Part shown: one piece after another, positions 20,443-29,173 of the stretch
Layout: every line of letters starts with the position of its first letter
Numbering within the stretch: position 1 is the stretch's first letter
Assembly: GCA_963767925.1 (NCBI GenBank)
Contig: CAVYGB010000002.1
Span: 2,016,001-2,080,000, forward strand
From: an uncultured delta proteobacterium
GTDB lineage: Bacteria > Myxococcota_A > Polyangia > Fen-1088
Direction of reading: 5' to 3'
DNA length: 64,000 bases
The notes under the pieces: generated by a model
What the model was told of the DNA's origin: nothing
Seen by the model: the letters and a program-made list of their open reading frames with translations, nothing else
The model's database searches: none
Position numbers and translations under genes: made by a program

Positions 20443-22359
20443 GTGCGCGTGGCGGTGAGCGGCGACAAGGGCGGGGCCCGGCCCCCGGCGGGCAAACATC
20501 CGGGCTGGGCGGAAGAGCTGCGGCGCCGCTACCTGCGGGGCGAGGCCAGCCAGTTCATCCTGCACGGCAACGTGTTCGACGTTGTCGAGTGGGCGGGGGA
20601 GCTGCTGCCGCTCGGCGAATATCTCACCGAACACCTGCTGGGCGAAAACAAGGACACCATCGTCGTGTTCAACCTCGCCACCGGGGGTCGCACCGTGCGG
20701 CGCAAGGTGGACCTGGGCGGGCTGGAGGACCTGCTCGGGCAGCGCCAGCCGGCCAAGTTCCTGCCCGCCATGGAACGGCTGCTGAAGACCGGTCAGCGGG
20801 TGGCGCTCATCATCGAATACGCCGAGACGGTGGCGCCGGCGGCCGACCCGGCGCTCATGCAGGACGACGACCGCACGGCGGTCGTGACCTTGCACCGCTG
20901 GTCGATGTCGCCGGAGATCGAGGCGGCCGACAACGTCGTGCTGCTGCTGGCCGAGACCCTGTCGGAGCTTCACCCCAAGCTGGTCTCCAACCCCAAGATC
21001 GCCACCGTGCGCCTGCCGATGCCCGACGAGGAGACGCGCCGGCGGGTGGTGGCGGTCTGCCAGCCGGAGGCCGATCCGGCCTGGCGCGATCGGCTGGCCG
21101 CGATAACCGCCGGGCTGCGGGCGGTGCAGATGCAGGCCATCTTGCAGCCGGCCCCCGGGGCCCAGGACCAGGCCAGCGAGGAGGAGCGGGTGCGGTTCCT
21201 CGAGGGGCTGCTGGCCCCGGCGGGCGCGGCCCGGCCCGCCGATCTGGAGGTGCGGGCCCGCAAGCTGGCGGGGCTGACCCGGGGCATGTCGAGCGAGGAG
21301 GTGCGCACGCTTATCGCGCCCGAGGCCGGCCCCGACCCGGAGGCGGGGGTGGAGGAGGCCCGGCGCCGGCAGCGCGACGAGATCGACCGGCTGATCGCCC
21401 ACCGCAAGCGCGAGATCATCGAGCGGGAGTGTTACGGGCTGATCGAGTTCGTCGATCCGGGGCACGACTTCCGGGTGGTGGGGGGCATCGAGGCGGTCAA
21501 GGCCGAGCTGCAGCGGATCGCCCGCAACATCCGGGAGGGCAACGTGGCCCGGGTGCCGATGGGGCTGCTGTTCACCGGGCCCATGGGGGCGGGCAAGACC
21601 TTCGTGGCCGAGGCGTTCGCCAAGGAGTCGGGGCTCACCACCATCAAGCTGAAGAACTTCCGCAGCAAGTGGGTGGGGGCCACCGAGGCCAACCTCGAGC
21701 GGATCTTGCAGGTGGTGCAGGCCATCGGGCAGGTGCTGGTCATCATCGACGAGGGGGACCGGGCCTTCGGCAACCAGACCGACGGCGACGGGGACGGGGG
21801 GACCTCCTCGCGGGTCATCGGGCGGCTCAAGGAGTTCATGTCCGACACCAGCAACCGGGGGCGGGTGCTGTTCATCCTGATGACCAACCGCCCCGACAAG
21901 CTGGACGTCGACATCAAGCGGGCCGGCCGGCTCGACCGGAAGATCCCCCTGCTCTACGCCCAGAGCGCCGAGGAGGTGGAGGCGGTGATCCTGGCCCAGC
22001 TCCGCAAGCACCGCTTCGAAAACGGCCTCTCCTTCCCGGCCGATCGGGCGGCCCTGTCGGCCCGGATGCTGGGCCTGTCGAACGCCGACTTCGAGGCCAT
22101 CGTGCTGCTGGCGGGCGAGCTGGCGGCGGCCGCCGGCCCCGAGCAGCGCACGCCCCGGCTCGACCGGGGCCTGCTCGAGCAGGCCATCGCCGACTACCTG
22201 CCCTCGCGCGACACGAAGATGCTCGAATACATGGAGCTGCTCGCGGTGTTCGAGGCGTCCAACCGCAAGATGTTACCCGCCAAGTACCAGACCATGAGCG
22301 CCGAGGAGCTGCAGGCCCGCCTGGACCTGCTGCGCCTCGAGTGCGGCAACCGGAGGTGA
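20443..22359 (+). CDS. AAA+ ATPase with degenerate N-terminal and intact C-terminal AAA module
   Basis: GPMGAGKT Walker A, SKWVG pore loop, IIDEGD Walker [21 protein letters not shown]-half ([16 protein letters not shown]) lacks a P-loop. Confidence 0.9.
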   Translation: MRVAVSGDKGGARPPAGKHPGWAEELRRRYLRGEASQFILHGNVFDVVEWAGELLPLGEYLTEHLLGENKDTIVVFNLATGGRTVRRKVDLGGLEDLLGQRQPAKFLPAMERLLKTGQRVALIIEYAETVAPAADPALMQDDDRTAVVTLHRWSMSPEIEAADNVVLLLAETLSELHPKLVSNPKIATVRLPMPDEETRRRVVAVCQPEADPAWRDRLAAITAGLRAVQMQAILQPAPGAQDQASEEERVRFLEGLLAPAGAARPADLEVRARKLAGLTRGMSSEEVRTLIAPEAGPDPEAGVEEARRRQRDEIDRLIAHRKREIIERECYGLIEFVDPGHDFRVVGGIEAVKAELQRIARNIREGNVARVPMGLLFTGPMGAGKTFVAEAFAKESGLTTIKLKNFRSKWVGATEANLERILQVVQAIGQVLVIIDEGDRAFGNQTDGDGDGGTSSRVIGRLKEFMSDTSNRGRVLFILMTNRPDKLDVDIKRAGRLDRKIPLLYAQSAEEVEAVILAQLRKHRFENGLSFPADRAALSARMLGLSNADFEAIVLLAGELAAAAGPEQRTPRLDRGLLEQAIADYLPSRDTKMLEYMELLAVFEASNRKMLPAKYQTMSAEELQARLDLLRLECGNRR

Positions 22360-22362
22360 CCG

Positions 22363-22821
22363 ATGGAGTTTTTCCCTGAGCTCGAGGTGAGCGCCACCCA
22401 GGCCGAGGCGATCGCGCGGGGGCTGTACGCAGTGGCCCTCGTCGACGGCCTGCACGAGCGCGAGCTGGCCCTCATCTCCGACTTCTTCGGCAACACGGTC
22501 GAGGACGGGCGCCCCGAGCACGTGGGCGCCGCCGCCCTGGCCCGCCTGGGCCCCCTCGAGCCGGCCGCCCTGGCGGCGGTGCTGGCCGGTCAGGCCCACC
22601 GCGAGCTGTTCCTGAAGACCGCCTACCTGCTGGCCTGGGCCGACGGCCAGGTCTCGCCCGGCGAACGCACCACCATCGACGCCTTCGCCGCCGCCCTCGC
22701 CCTCGGCGCCGACACCGGCAAGCGCCTGGAGTCGGAGGTGAAGGACTACCTCCTGCGCCCCTTCGCCAGCCTGATCAACGTGGAAGGCGCCGCCGCCATC
22801 GCCAAGAAGCTGGGGCTGTAG
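22363..22821 (+). CDS. TerB-like protein (two internal TerB-like repeats)
   Basis: AVALVDGLHERELALI and LLAWADGQVSPGERTTI; starts 3 bp after the AAA gene stop. Confidence 0.7.
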   Translation: MEFFPELEVSATQAEAIARGLYAVALVDGLHERELALISDFFGNTVEDGRPEHVGAAALARLGPLEPAALAAVLAGQAHRELFLKTAYLLAWADGQVSPGERTTIDAFAAALALGADTGKRLESEVKDYLLRPFASLINVEGAAAIAKKLGL

Positions 22822-22824
22822 CCG

Positions 22825-23721
22825 TCAAGCCGCCAGCCCCAGCGGGCGGGTGCTGGCGGCGTCGAGCAGGTAGTCGCGGAAGGCGGTGACCTTGCGGGGC
22901 AGGTGCTGGGCCCGGGAGTGGACCAGGGCCAGGCGGCCGGCGGGGCCGGCCAGGCGGGGCAAGACGCGCACCAGCTCGCCGCGCGCCAGGTCGCGCTGGG
23001 CGAGGAAAGCGGGCAGGGGGCCGAGGCCGGCGCCCGCCCGCAGGGCGTTGCGCACGAACAGGAAGTCGTCGGCCACGATGTTGCCGACCGCCTCGAGCCC
23101 GAACGCCTTCACCGGCCACTCCCTGCGGAACTGCACCCAGTCGTGGGCCCGGGCCTCCTCGGGGCTGCGGGGCGTCCCCCGGCGGGCCAGGTAGGCGGGC
23201 GCGGCGAAGAGCTGCGTCTCCACCATCGCCAGCTTGCGGGTGACGAGCGACGAGTCGGGCATGCGCGCCGCCCCGAAGGCCCGGATCGCCAGATCGAACC
23301 CCTCGGCCACGATGTCGACCCGGCGGTTGGTCAGCCGCACGTCCACCCGCACGCCGGGATAGCGGCGCACGAAGCCTGGCACCAGCTCGGCCAGGAAGAC
23401 CGCGCCCAGGTCGTGGGGCGCCGTGATGCGCAGGTCGCCCGAGGGCAGCTCCTCCTGCTCGGGCAAGGTGCCGAGCGCCTCGCGCAGCGATCGCAGCAGG
23501 GGCGCGCTCCGCTCGTAGACGGCCGTCCCGGCCGTCGACAGCGCCACCCGGCGGGTGGTCCGGTGCAGGAGCTGGGCGCCCACCGCCGCCTCCAGGCGGG
23601 CGATACCCCGGCTCACCGAGGACTTCGGCATGGCGAGCCGGCTGGCGGCGGCCGAGAAGCTGCCGGCGTCGGCCACCGCCACGAAGAGCCCGACGAGGTC
23701 GAGGGGGATTGTTCCACTCAT
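22825..23721 (-). CDS. LysR-family transcriptional regulator
   Basis: FVAVADAGSFSAAA...LLHRTTRRV; EGFDLAIR. Confidence 0.95.
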   Translation of the reverse strand: MSGTIPLDLVGLFVAVADAGSFSAAASRLAMPKSSVSRGIARLEAAVGAQLLHRTTRRVALSTAGTAVYERSAPLLRSLREALGTLPEQEELPSGDLRITAPHDLGAVFLAELVPGFVRRYPGVRVDVRLTNRRVDIVAEGFDLAIRAFGAARMPDSSLVTRKLAMVETQLFAAPAYLARRGTPRSPEEARAHDWVQFRREWPVKAFGLEAVGNIVADDFLFVRNALRAGAGLGPLPAFLAQRDLARGELVRVLPRLAGPAGRLALVHSRAQHLPRKVTAFRDYLLDAASTRPLGLAA

Positions 23722-23766
23722 GGAACAGTATCTTGCTCGGAGGGGGGCTGGTTCTCCAGCGGGAAC
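23710..23766. promoter_or_regulatory. Putative LysR operator pair
   Basis: Palindrome TGTTCCACTCATGGAACA (23710-23727) over the lysR start and GTTCTCCAGCGGGAAC (23751-23766) in the divergent gap. Confidence 0.55.
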
Positions 23767-23798
23767 ACGGCATAGTGAGTCTCGAAAGGAACGCGACC

Positions 23799-24419
23799 AT
23801 GCAACCCAACACCAACCAGCCCGACGTCGTCTCCGCTTCCCTCCCTGCCTCCGTGCCCGCGCCGGGCGCCGCCGGCCTGACGGAGTGGGAGATCGACACC
23901 GCCCACACCACCACACAGTTCTCGGTGCGCCACATGATGGTGGCCAAGGTGCGCGGTCAGTTCGAGAAGGTGACCGGCACGGTCAGCCTCGACGAGGCCG
24001 ACCTGACCCGCTCCCGGATCGAGGTGATCATCGACGCGTCGACCATCAGCACCCGCAACGAGCAGCGCGACGGCCACCTGAAGTCTCCCGACTTCTTCGA
24101 CGTGGCCCAGTACCCCGCCATCACCTTCAAGTCGACCCACATCGCCGACAAGGGCGGCGGCCACCTCGCCGTCACCGGCGACCTCACCCTGCACGGCGTG
24201 ACCCGCCCCATCACCCTGGCCGTCGAGGGACTGACCGCCCCCCTGAAGAACCCCTACGGAAAACGGGTGCGCGGCGTGGAGGCCAGGGGCAAGCTCAACC
24301 GCAAGGACTGGGGCCTGACCTGGAACGCCGCCCTCGAGACCGGCGGCGTCCTGGTGGGCGAGGAGGTGGAGCTCCAGATCGACGCCGAGCTGGCCGAGAA
24401 GGCCCCCGCCGCCGGCTGA
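23799..24419 (+). CDS. yceI: YceI family lipid/polyisoprenoid-binding protein
   Basis: WEIDTAHT..QFSVRHMM, RDGHLKSPDFFD, GDLTLHGVT. Confidence 0.92.
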   Translation: MQPNTNQPDVVSASLPASVPAPGAAGLTEWEIDTAHTTTQFSVRHMMVAKVRGQFEKVTGTVSLDEADLTRSRIEVIIDASTISTRNEQRDGHLKSPDFFDVAQYPAITFKSTHIADKGGGHLAVTGDLTLHGVTRPITLAVEGLTAPLKNPYGKRVRGVEARGKLNRKDWGLTWNAALETGGVLVGEEVELQIDAELAEKAPAAG

Positions 24420-24429
24420 CCGAGGTGCC

Positions 24430-25497
24430 GTGACAAGGAATCGACGAGACGTCCTCAAGGGGATCACGCTTGCCGCCGCCGCCGTGCCGCTGGGCGCGGC
24501 GGCCGGATGCAACCGCGTACCCTCGCGAGGAAAGGTGGAGAGCCCAGCCATGACCAGCGACAACGCCCCCGGCACTCTTTTCACTGGCTCATCGAGCCCG
24601 ACATCTCCGCCCGGGGCCTCTCCGCCTCCTTCGGCTGGCTCTTCGAGCCCGCCCCTGCCCGCCGGAGGCGCCCCGGCTGCCTCCGCCGCATCATCATCGA
24701 GCCCGACCGCGCGCGCGGGCGGGGCCGGTCCCATGCCGGTGATCTTCCTGGCCCACGGATCGCCGATGCTGCTCGACGACGCGGGCTGGATGGACGAGCT
24801 GGCCCGCTGGGCGGCGGTGCTGCCCCGTCCCCGGTCGGTGCTGATGCTCTCGGCCCACTGGGAAGAGCGCCCGACCACCCTCGCTGCCACCCGCACCCTC
24901 CCGCTGGTCTACGACTTCCATGGCTTCCCCGCCCGCTACTACCAGGTCAAGTACCCGGCGCCGGGCGCCCCGGAGCTGGCCGAGCGCGTGCGCGCCCTGG
25001 CAGGCGCCAGCGGCCCCATCGCCGAAGATCCCCGCCGCGGCCTCGACCACGGCGCCTACGTCCCGCTGGTGGCCATGTACCCCACCGCCGACGTGCCCGT
25101 CCTGCAGGTATCGCTTCCCACCCTCGAGCCGGCCCCGCTGTTCGCCCTCGGCCAGGCCCTGGCCCCCCTGCGCGACGAGGGCGTCCTGATCGTGGGCAGC
25201 GGCTTCCTCACCCACAACCTCCGCGCCGCCGACTTCAGCCCCACCCCCACCACCCCCCGCTGGGCCGCCGAGTTCGACACCTGGGCCGCCGAGAGCATCA
25301 CCCGCGGCGACATCGACAACATCCTCGACTACCGCCAGCGCGCCCCCGCCGTCCGCCAGGCCCTCCCCACCCACGAACACTTCGTCCCCCTCCTGGTCTC
25401 CCTCGGCGCCGCCAGCCAGTCCCCCAACCAGGTCCAGTTCCCCATCACCGGCTTCCTCGCCGGCTCCCTCACCCGCCGCTCCGTCCAGTTCGGCTGA
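24430..25497 (+). CDS. LigB/DODA-type extradiol dioxygenase with N-terminal Tat-like signal
   Basis: FLAHGSPM, SAHW, GLDHG, GSG..THNL, PTHEHFVPL; NRRDVLK...AAAGC N-terminus. Confidence 0.9.
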   Translation: MTRNRRDVLKGITLAAAAVPLGAAAGCNRVPSRGKVESPAMTSDNAPGTLFTGSSSPTSPPGASPPPSAGSSSPPLPAGGAPAASAASSSSPTARAGGAGPMPVIFLAHGSPMLLDDAGWMDELARWAAVLPRPRSVLMLSAHWEERPTTLAATRTLPLVYDFHGFPARYYQVKYPAPGAPELAERVRALAGASGPIAEDPRRGLDHGAYVPLVAMYPTADVPVLQVSLPTLEPAPLFALGQALAPLRDEGVLIVGSGFLTHNLRAADFSPTPTTPRWAAEFDTWAAESITRGDIDNILDYRQRAPAVRQALPTHEHFVPLLVSLGAASQSPNQVQFPITGFLAGSLTRRSVQFG

Positions 25498-25573
25498 GCC
25501 GCTCCTGGCAGGGCCGGGGAGGTCCGACGGCGTATACTTGAATAGGGCAATATCTTGGGCCTCCTCGTCGCCC

Positions 25574-25615
25574 GTTCGCCCTCGCCCGACGGCGGGGCAG
25601 GGAAGGGGTCAGGGG
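25574..25615. repeat. Degenerate REP copy
   Basis: GTTCGCCCTCGCCCG...GGGGCAGGGAAGGGGTCAGGGG matches the right-arm REP at 29045 and 38850. Confidence 0.55.
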
Positions 25616-25643
25616 CGGCTCGCTTGCGGCGGGTCGTCGGGAC

Positions 25644-27068
25644 ATGCTCGGGGGGTATGAGCGGGTCGTCGTGAAGGGGTCGTCCGAGCTACCGGGGCTG
25701 CCAGGCGGGTTGCCCGGGGTGGGCCACTTGCTCGCCTTCCGGCGGGATCCGCTCGGCGTCTTGCGGAGGCTGAGCGCGCTGCCCGGGGATCTCTGGGCGC
25801 TGCGCCTCGGTACCCGTCGCGTGATCGTGGCCAGCAGCCCCGCCGTCGCCGAGGCGCTCCTCGTCCGGCTGGCGCCCGCGCTGGAGAAGGGGCCCCTGGT
25901 GCGCCGCTGGAGCCGCGGCCTGCTCGGCGAGGGGCTCATCGCGTGTGCGACCGACGCCCACGCCACCCATCGCGCCCAGCTCACCTTGGCCTTCTCCCCG
26001 CCCCGCCGCGAGGCCACCCTGCGCACCCTCGGCCTCGCCGCCGCCGAGGCGCTCGCGAAGCTCCGCGCGGCGACGACCAGCGCCGGAGCGGGGGGGATGT
26101 CGCGCGGGGGGCTGTCGATCGAGCTGGGGCAGGCGGCGCGGGAGCTCGTGGCGGCGGTCCTGGGGCCGGCGCTGTTTCCCACCGTCGGCGCTGAAGCCTG
26201 GCGCGCGATCGTCGCCGCGCTGGACGCGGTCAACGGCTATCTCACCGCCCGCATCCGCAACCCGCTGCTCCCCCCGATCGGCGGACCCACCCCCGGCGCC
26301 CGCCGGGCCGCCACCGCCCTTCGCGCCCTGAACACAGCGATCGACAGCGAGATCCGCGCCCGCCGCGCCGCCCTCTCCCCGCCGGAAGCTGCCGCGAGCT
26401 CCGGCGATCTGCTCGATGTCCTGCTCGGCAGCCGCGACCCTGACGGCTCGCCGCTGTCGTCCGACCGGATCCGTGATGAGCTGGTCACCTTCCTCGCCGC
26501 CAGCTACGAGACCACCGCCAGCGCCCTGACCTGGACCCTCGCCCTCCTCGCCCAGCACCGCGCCATCGCCGCGGGCGTCCGCCAGGAGGCGCGCGCCGTC
26601 GCCAGGGCAGGCGCGCCCCTCACGGCCGAGGATCTCCCCGCGCTCGTCGCTTGCGAGCAGGCGATCCGGGAGGCCCTCCGCCTCTGGCCACCCGTCCACA
26701 CCCTCGGCCGCGAGGCTCGCGAGCCGATCCTCCTCGGCGGCCACACCCTCCCTCCCGGCACCATCCTCGCGTTCAGCACCTACCTCCTCCACCGCCGCCC
26801 CGACCTCTATCCGGCCCCCGACCGCTTCTCCCCCGACCGCTTCTCCCAGGCTCCCGCTTCCCCCGCGCGCTTCGCCTACCTGCCCTTCGGCGCTGGCCCC
26901 CGCGCCTGCATCGGCGGCGACCTCGCCCTCTGCACCCTGAAGCTCCTCGTCTCCGGCCTCCTGGCCCACGACACGCTCGTCCCCGCCGCCACGTTCCACC
27001 TGGCGCCCCAGCTCCTCGTCACCCTCCGTCCCCGGAGCCCCCTCTCCCTGCACCTCGCCCCGGAATAG
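25644..27068 (+). CDS. Cytochrome P450
   Basis: I-helix AASYETT, EALR (ExxR), PDRF, heme motif FGAGPRACIG. Confidence 0.95.
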   Translation: MLGGYERVVVKGSSELPGLPGGLPGVGHLLAFRRDPLGVLRRLSALPGDLWALRLGTRRVIVASSPAVAEALLVRLAPALEKGPLVRRWSRGLLGEGLIACATDAHATHRAQLTLAFSPPRREATLRTLGLAAAEALAKLRAATTSAGAGGMSRGGLSIELGQAARELVAAVLGPALFPTVGAEAWRAIVAALDAVNGYLTARIRNPLLPPIGGPTPGARRAATALRALNTAIDSEIRARRAALSPPEAAASSGDLLDVLLGSRDPDGSPLSSDRIRDELVTFLAASYETTASALTWTLALLAQHRAIAAGVRQEARAVARAGAPLTAEDLPALVACEQAIREALRLWPPVHTLGREAREPILLGGHTLPPGTILAFSTYLLHRRPDLYPAPDRFSPDRFSQAPASPARFAYLPFGAGPRACIGGDLALCTLKLLVSGLLAHDTLVPAATFHLAPQLLVTLRPRSPLSLHLAPE

Positions 27069-27109
27069 CCCCTCTGGCCAGTCCGATCCCGCGCCCCGGG
27101 CGGCGGTGG

Positions 27110-27994
27110 TCAGGCACGGTGGGCCCGCCGGGGGCGGGGGTGGTGGGCCTGCTCGAAGGGGGGAACGCGGGTGGCCTCGGCGGGGGTGAGGTGGAGGCGG
27201 TGGGTGCCGAACAGGCCGTCGCAGAGGGGGAGCATGAAGTTCAGGTTGGCACGGGGGTCGACGTGGTGGACGTAATGGCGCCGGTCGAGCCAGCGGAACC
27301 AGCGGCGGCGCTCGATCCAGCGGTCGCGGGGGGTGTGCATGGCGCCGTGGACGTGGGCCAGGGCGAAGGAGACGGCGGCGAGGGTGAGCCCGCAGGCGGC
27401 GAGGAAGAAGGGGTCGCGGGTCAGCAGCCAGGCGGGCAGCAAGATGAGCGGGACGCCGGTGGCGGCGTGCAGGGCCACCTGGCTCCACTCGGTGAGGCGG
27501 CTGTCGAAAGGGGTCTCGGCCATGCGGAACGGGAGCAGCGGGGCGCGCACGCGCATGAAGGGGAAGGGGCCCGCCTGCACGTAGCGGGTCGGTGGGAACA
27601 GCGCCACGTGGTGTCCTTGCTGGTGGATCCGCCGCAGCAGCCCCAGCCCGGGCATCCGACCGTGGTACAGCACCCGGTGCACGAGCCACTCGCCGAGCGA
27701 GCACAGCGCCAGCGTGAAGGCGACCGCGGCGAGGGCCGTCAGCGCGGGCGGCAGCCGCTGCGCGAGAACGGCCAGCGCCAGACAGCCGCCGACCAGGATC
27801 ACCCCACCCGCGACCGGGCGCACCCCGCGCGCAGCGGTGGGGCCCGGAGCGCGACGCACGCCTGGCACGTACGCAACGGTGGGATCTGGGCTCGGGCGCC
27901 CCTCCGGCGCGTGTCCGGGCAGGGCGTGGCGGTGCGCGCCGCGGGTGGGTGGCGGCGGGGCGGTCGGTCGGGGGCGTTGCTGCTTCAGTGCCAC
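27110..27994 (-). CDS. Fatty acid hydroxylase / sterol desaturase superfamily membrane enzyme
   Basis: His boxes EWLVHRVLYH, IHQQGHH, HVHGAMH, RHYVHH; start uncertain (GTG 27994 overlapping upstream stop, or GTG 27868). Confidence 0.85.
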   Translation of the reverse strand: MALKQQRPRPTAPPPPTRGAHRHALPGHAPEGRPSPDPTVAYVPGVRRAPGPTAARGVRPVAGGVILVGGCLALAVLAQRLPPALTALAAVAFTLALCSLGEWLVHRVLYHGRMPGLGLLRRIHQQGHHVALFPPTRYVQAGPFPFMRVRAPLLPFRMAETPFDSRLTEWSQVALHAATGVPLILLPAWLLTRDPFFLAACGLTLAAVSFALAHVHGAMHTPRDRWIERRRWFRWLDRRHYVHHVDPRANLNFMLPLCDGLFGTHRLHLTPAEATRVPPFEQAHHPRPRRAHRA

Positions 27995-28785
27995 GCGCGG
28001 GTGTAGGTGATGGCGCCGTCGAGGCGTTTGCGGACTTCCTGGCCGATGCGGAGGAGCTGGAACGGGTGACGGCGCTGCTGCTCGGCCTCGTAGACGAGCA
28101 GGCGGTAGAGCGACAGGGCCTCGGGGATGGTGAACTCGTAGCGAACGTCGGCGTCGCCGGTCAGGCCGGGGGTGTGGAAGAAGAAGCCGTCGACGTTGAG
28201 GACGGTGGCGCCGACCACGACCTTGTCGCCGTGGTAGGTGAGGCCGGTCGGGTTCTTTATCGCGAAGTGCATGAAGTCGTCGACGCCGAAGCCCTTCTTG
28301 TCGCCGGGGTCGGTGAAATAGAACATCCCGTGGATCCGCTCGAGGCAGGGGACGAACAGCACGTAGGCGATGTGGAAGATCTCCTGCTCGTCCAGCTTGC
28401 CATCGGCCAGCGCGTCGCGGAGGTTGCGGAGCTGCGTCAGCGTGACCGGGACCACCAGCGTGGCCGGCCGCGCCGCCGCTTCCGGTCCCCGGGTGAGGGT
28501 GGCCCGCCCGTCGGCCAGCGCCACCGAATAGGCCAGCCGTCCGTCGAGCACCACCGCGATCACCTCGTTCATGCCGGCGAGCAGGCCGTTCGACTCGGCG
28601 CTGCGCCGGCTCTGCTCGAGCAGCCCCTCGGCCTCCTCGAGGTCGCCGCCGTGCACCTCCAGCACCGGCGGCGGCTGCGGCCGTACGGTGGACACATATC
28701 GAGACGACGCGCAGCCGGCCAGCAGGGCCAGCGGCAGGGCGGTGCGCAGGACGCCGGCGAGGCCCGGGACGAACATGCCCCGCAT
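27985..28785 (-). CDS. Lipoprotein with putative tandem SCP2-like domains
   Basis: Lipobox LAGC; two segments resembling the SCP2 core (YSVALADGRATLTRG..ATLVVPVT...DGKLD; TVLNVDG...GLTGDADVRYEFT). Confidence 0.6.
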   Translation of the reverse strand: MRGMFVPGLAGVLRTALPLALLAGCASSRYVSTVRPQPPPVLEVHGGDLEEAEGLLEQSRRSAESNGLLAGMNEVIAVVLDGRLAYSVALADGRATLTRGPEAAARPATLVVPVTLTQLRNLRDALADGKLDEQEIFHIAYVLFVPCLERIHGMFYFTDPGDKKGFGVDDFMHFAIKNPTGLTYHGDKVVVGATVLNVDGFFFHTPGLTGDADVRYEFTIPEALSLYRLLVYEAEQQRRHPFQLLRIGQEVRKRLDGAITYTRAWH

Positions 28786-28920
28786 CGTACCGCGCCCGTG
28801 CCAGCAGGGCCCGCCCCCGCGCAGGGTTTGCCGGCGGGCGACCCGAGGCGGAGGACGAGATGGAGGTAGGTCCCCGGGCGACGCCGAAACCCAGAGGTCG
28901 CTGCACGGGTCAGGGGCGGA

Positions 28921-29094
28921 GACCCCTCACCCCACGCTCTCCCCGCTGCGCGGGGCGAGGCCGAACGATTGGCGAGTTGCCAGGGTCGACTTCGAACCCG
29001 GGGAACCGGCGCGGATCTCCCGAGAATTCGGCACCTCGTTGCTCGTTCGCCCTCGCCCCGCGGCAGCGGGGAGAGGGTGGGGGTGAGGGGTCTG
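28921..29094. repeat. REP doublet (REPIN-like)
   Basis: Inverted REP arms at 28921-28966 and 29045-29094 with a ~80-bp spacer. Confidence 0.8.
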
Positions 29095-29173
29095 CCGGGG
29101 GAGCGGTCGGGTGGCGCCCCTGGCGCCCTGCGGGGAGGCTCTTCGGGCGATCCGCTATGCTTGGCGGCTGCCC

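Noticed and set aside
20443..22359. PspF sigma54 activator
   Set aside because: No GAFTGA loop or C-terminal HTH; motifs are classic-clade AAA
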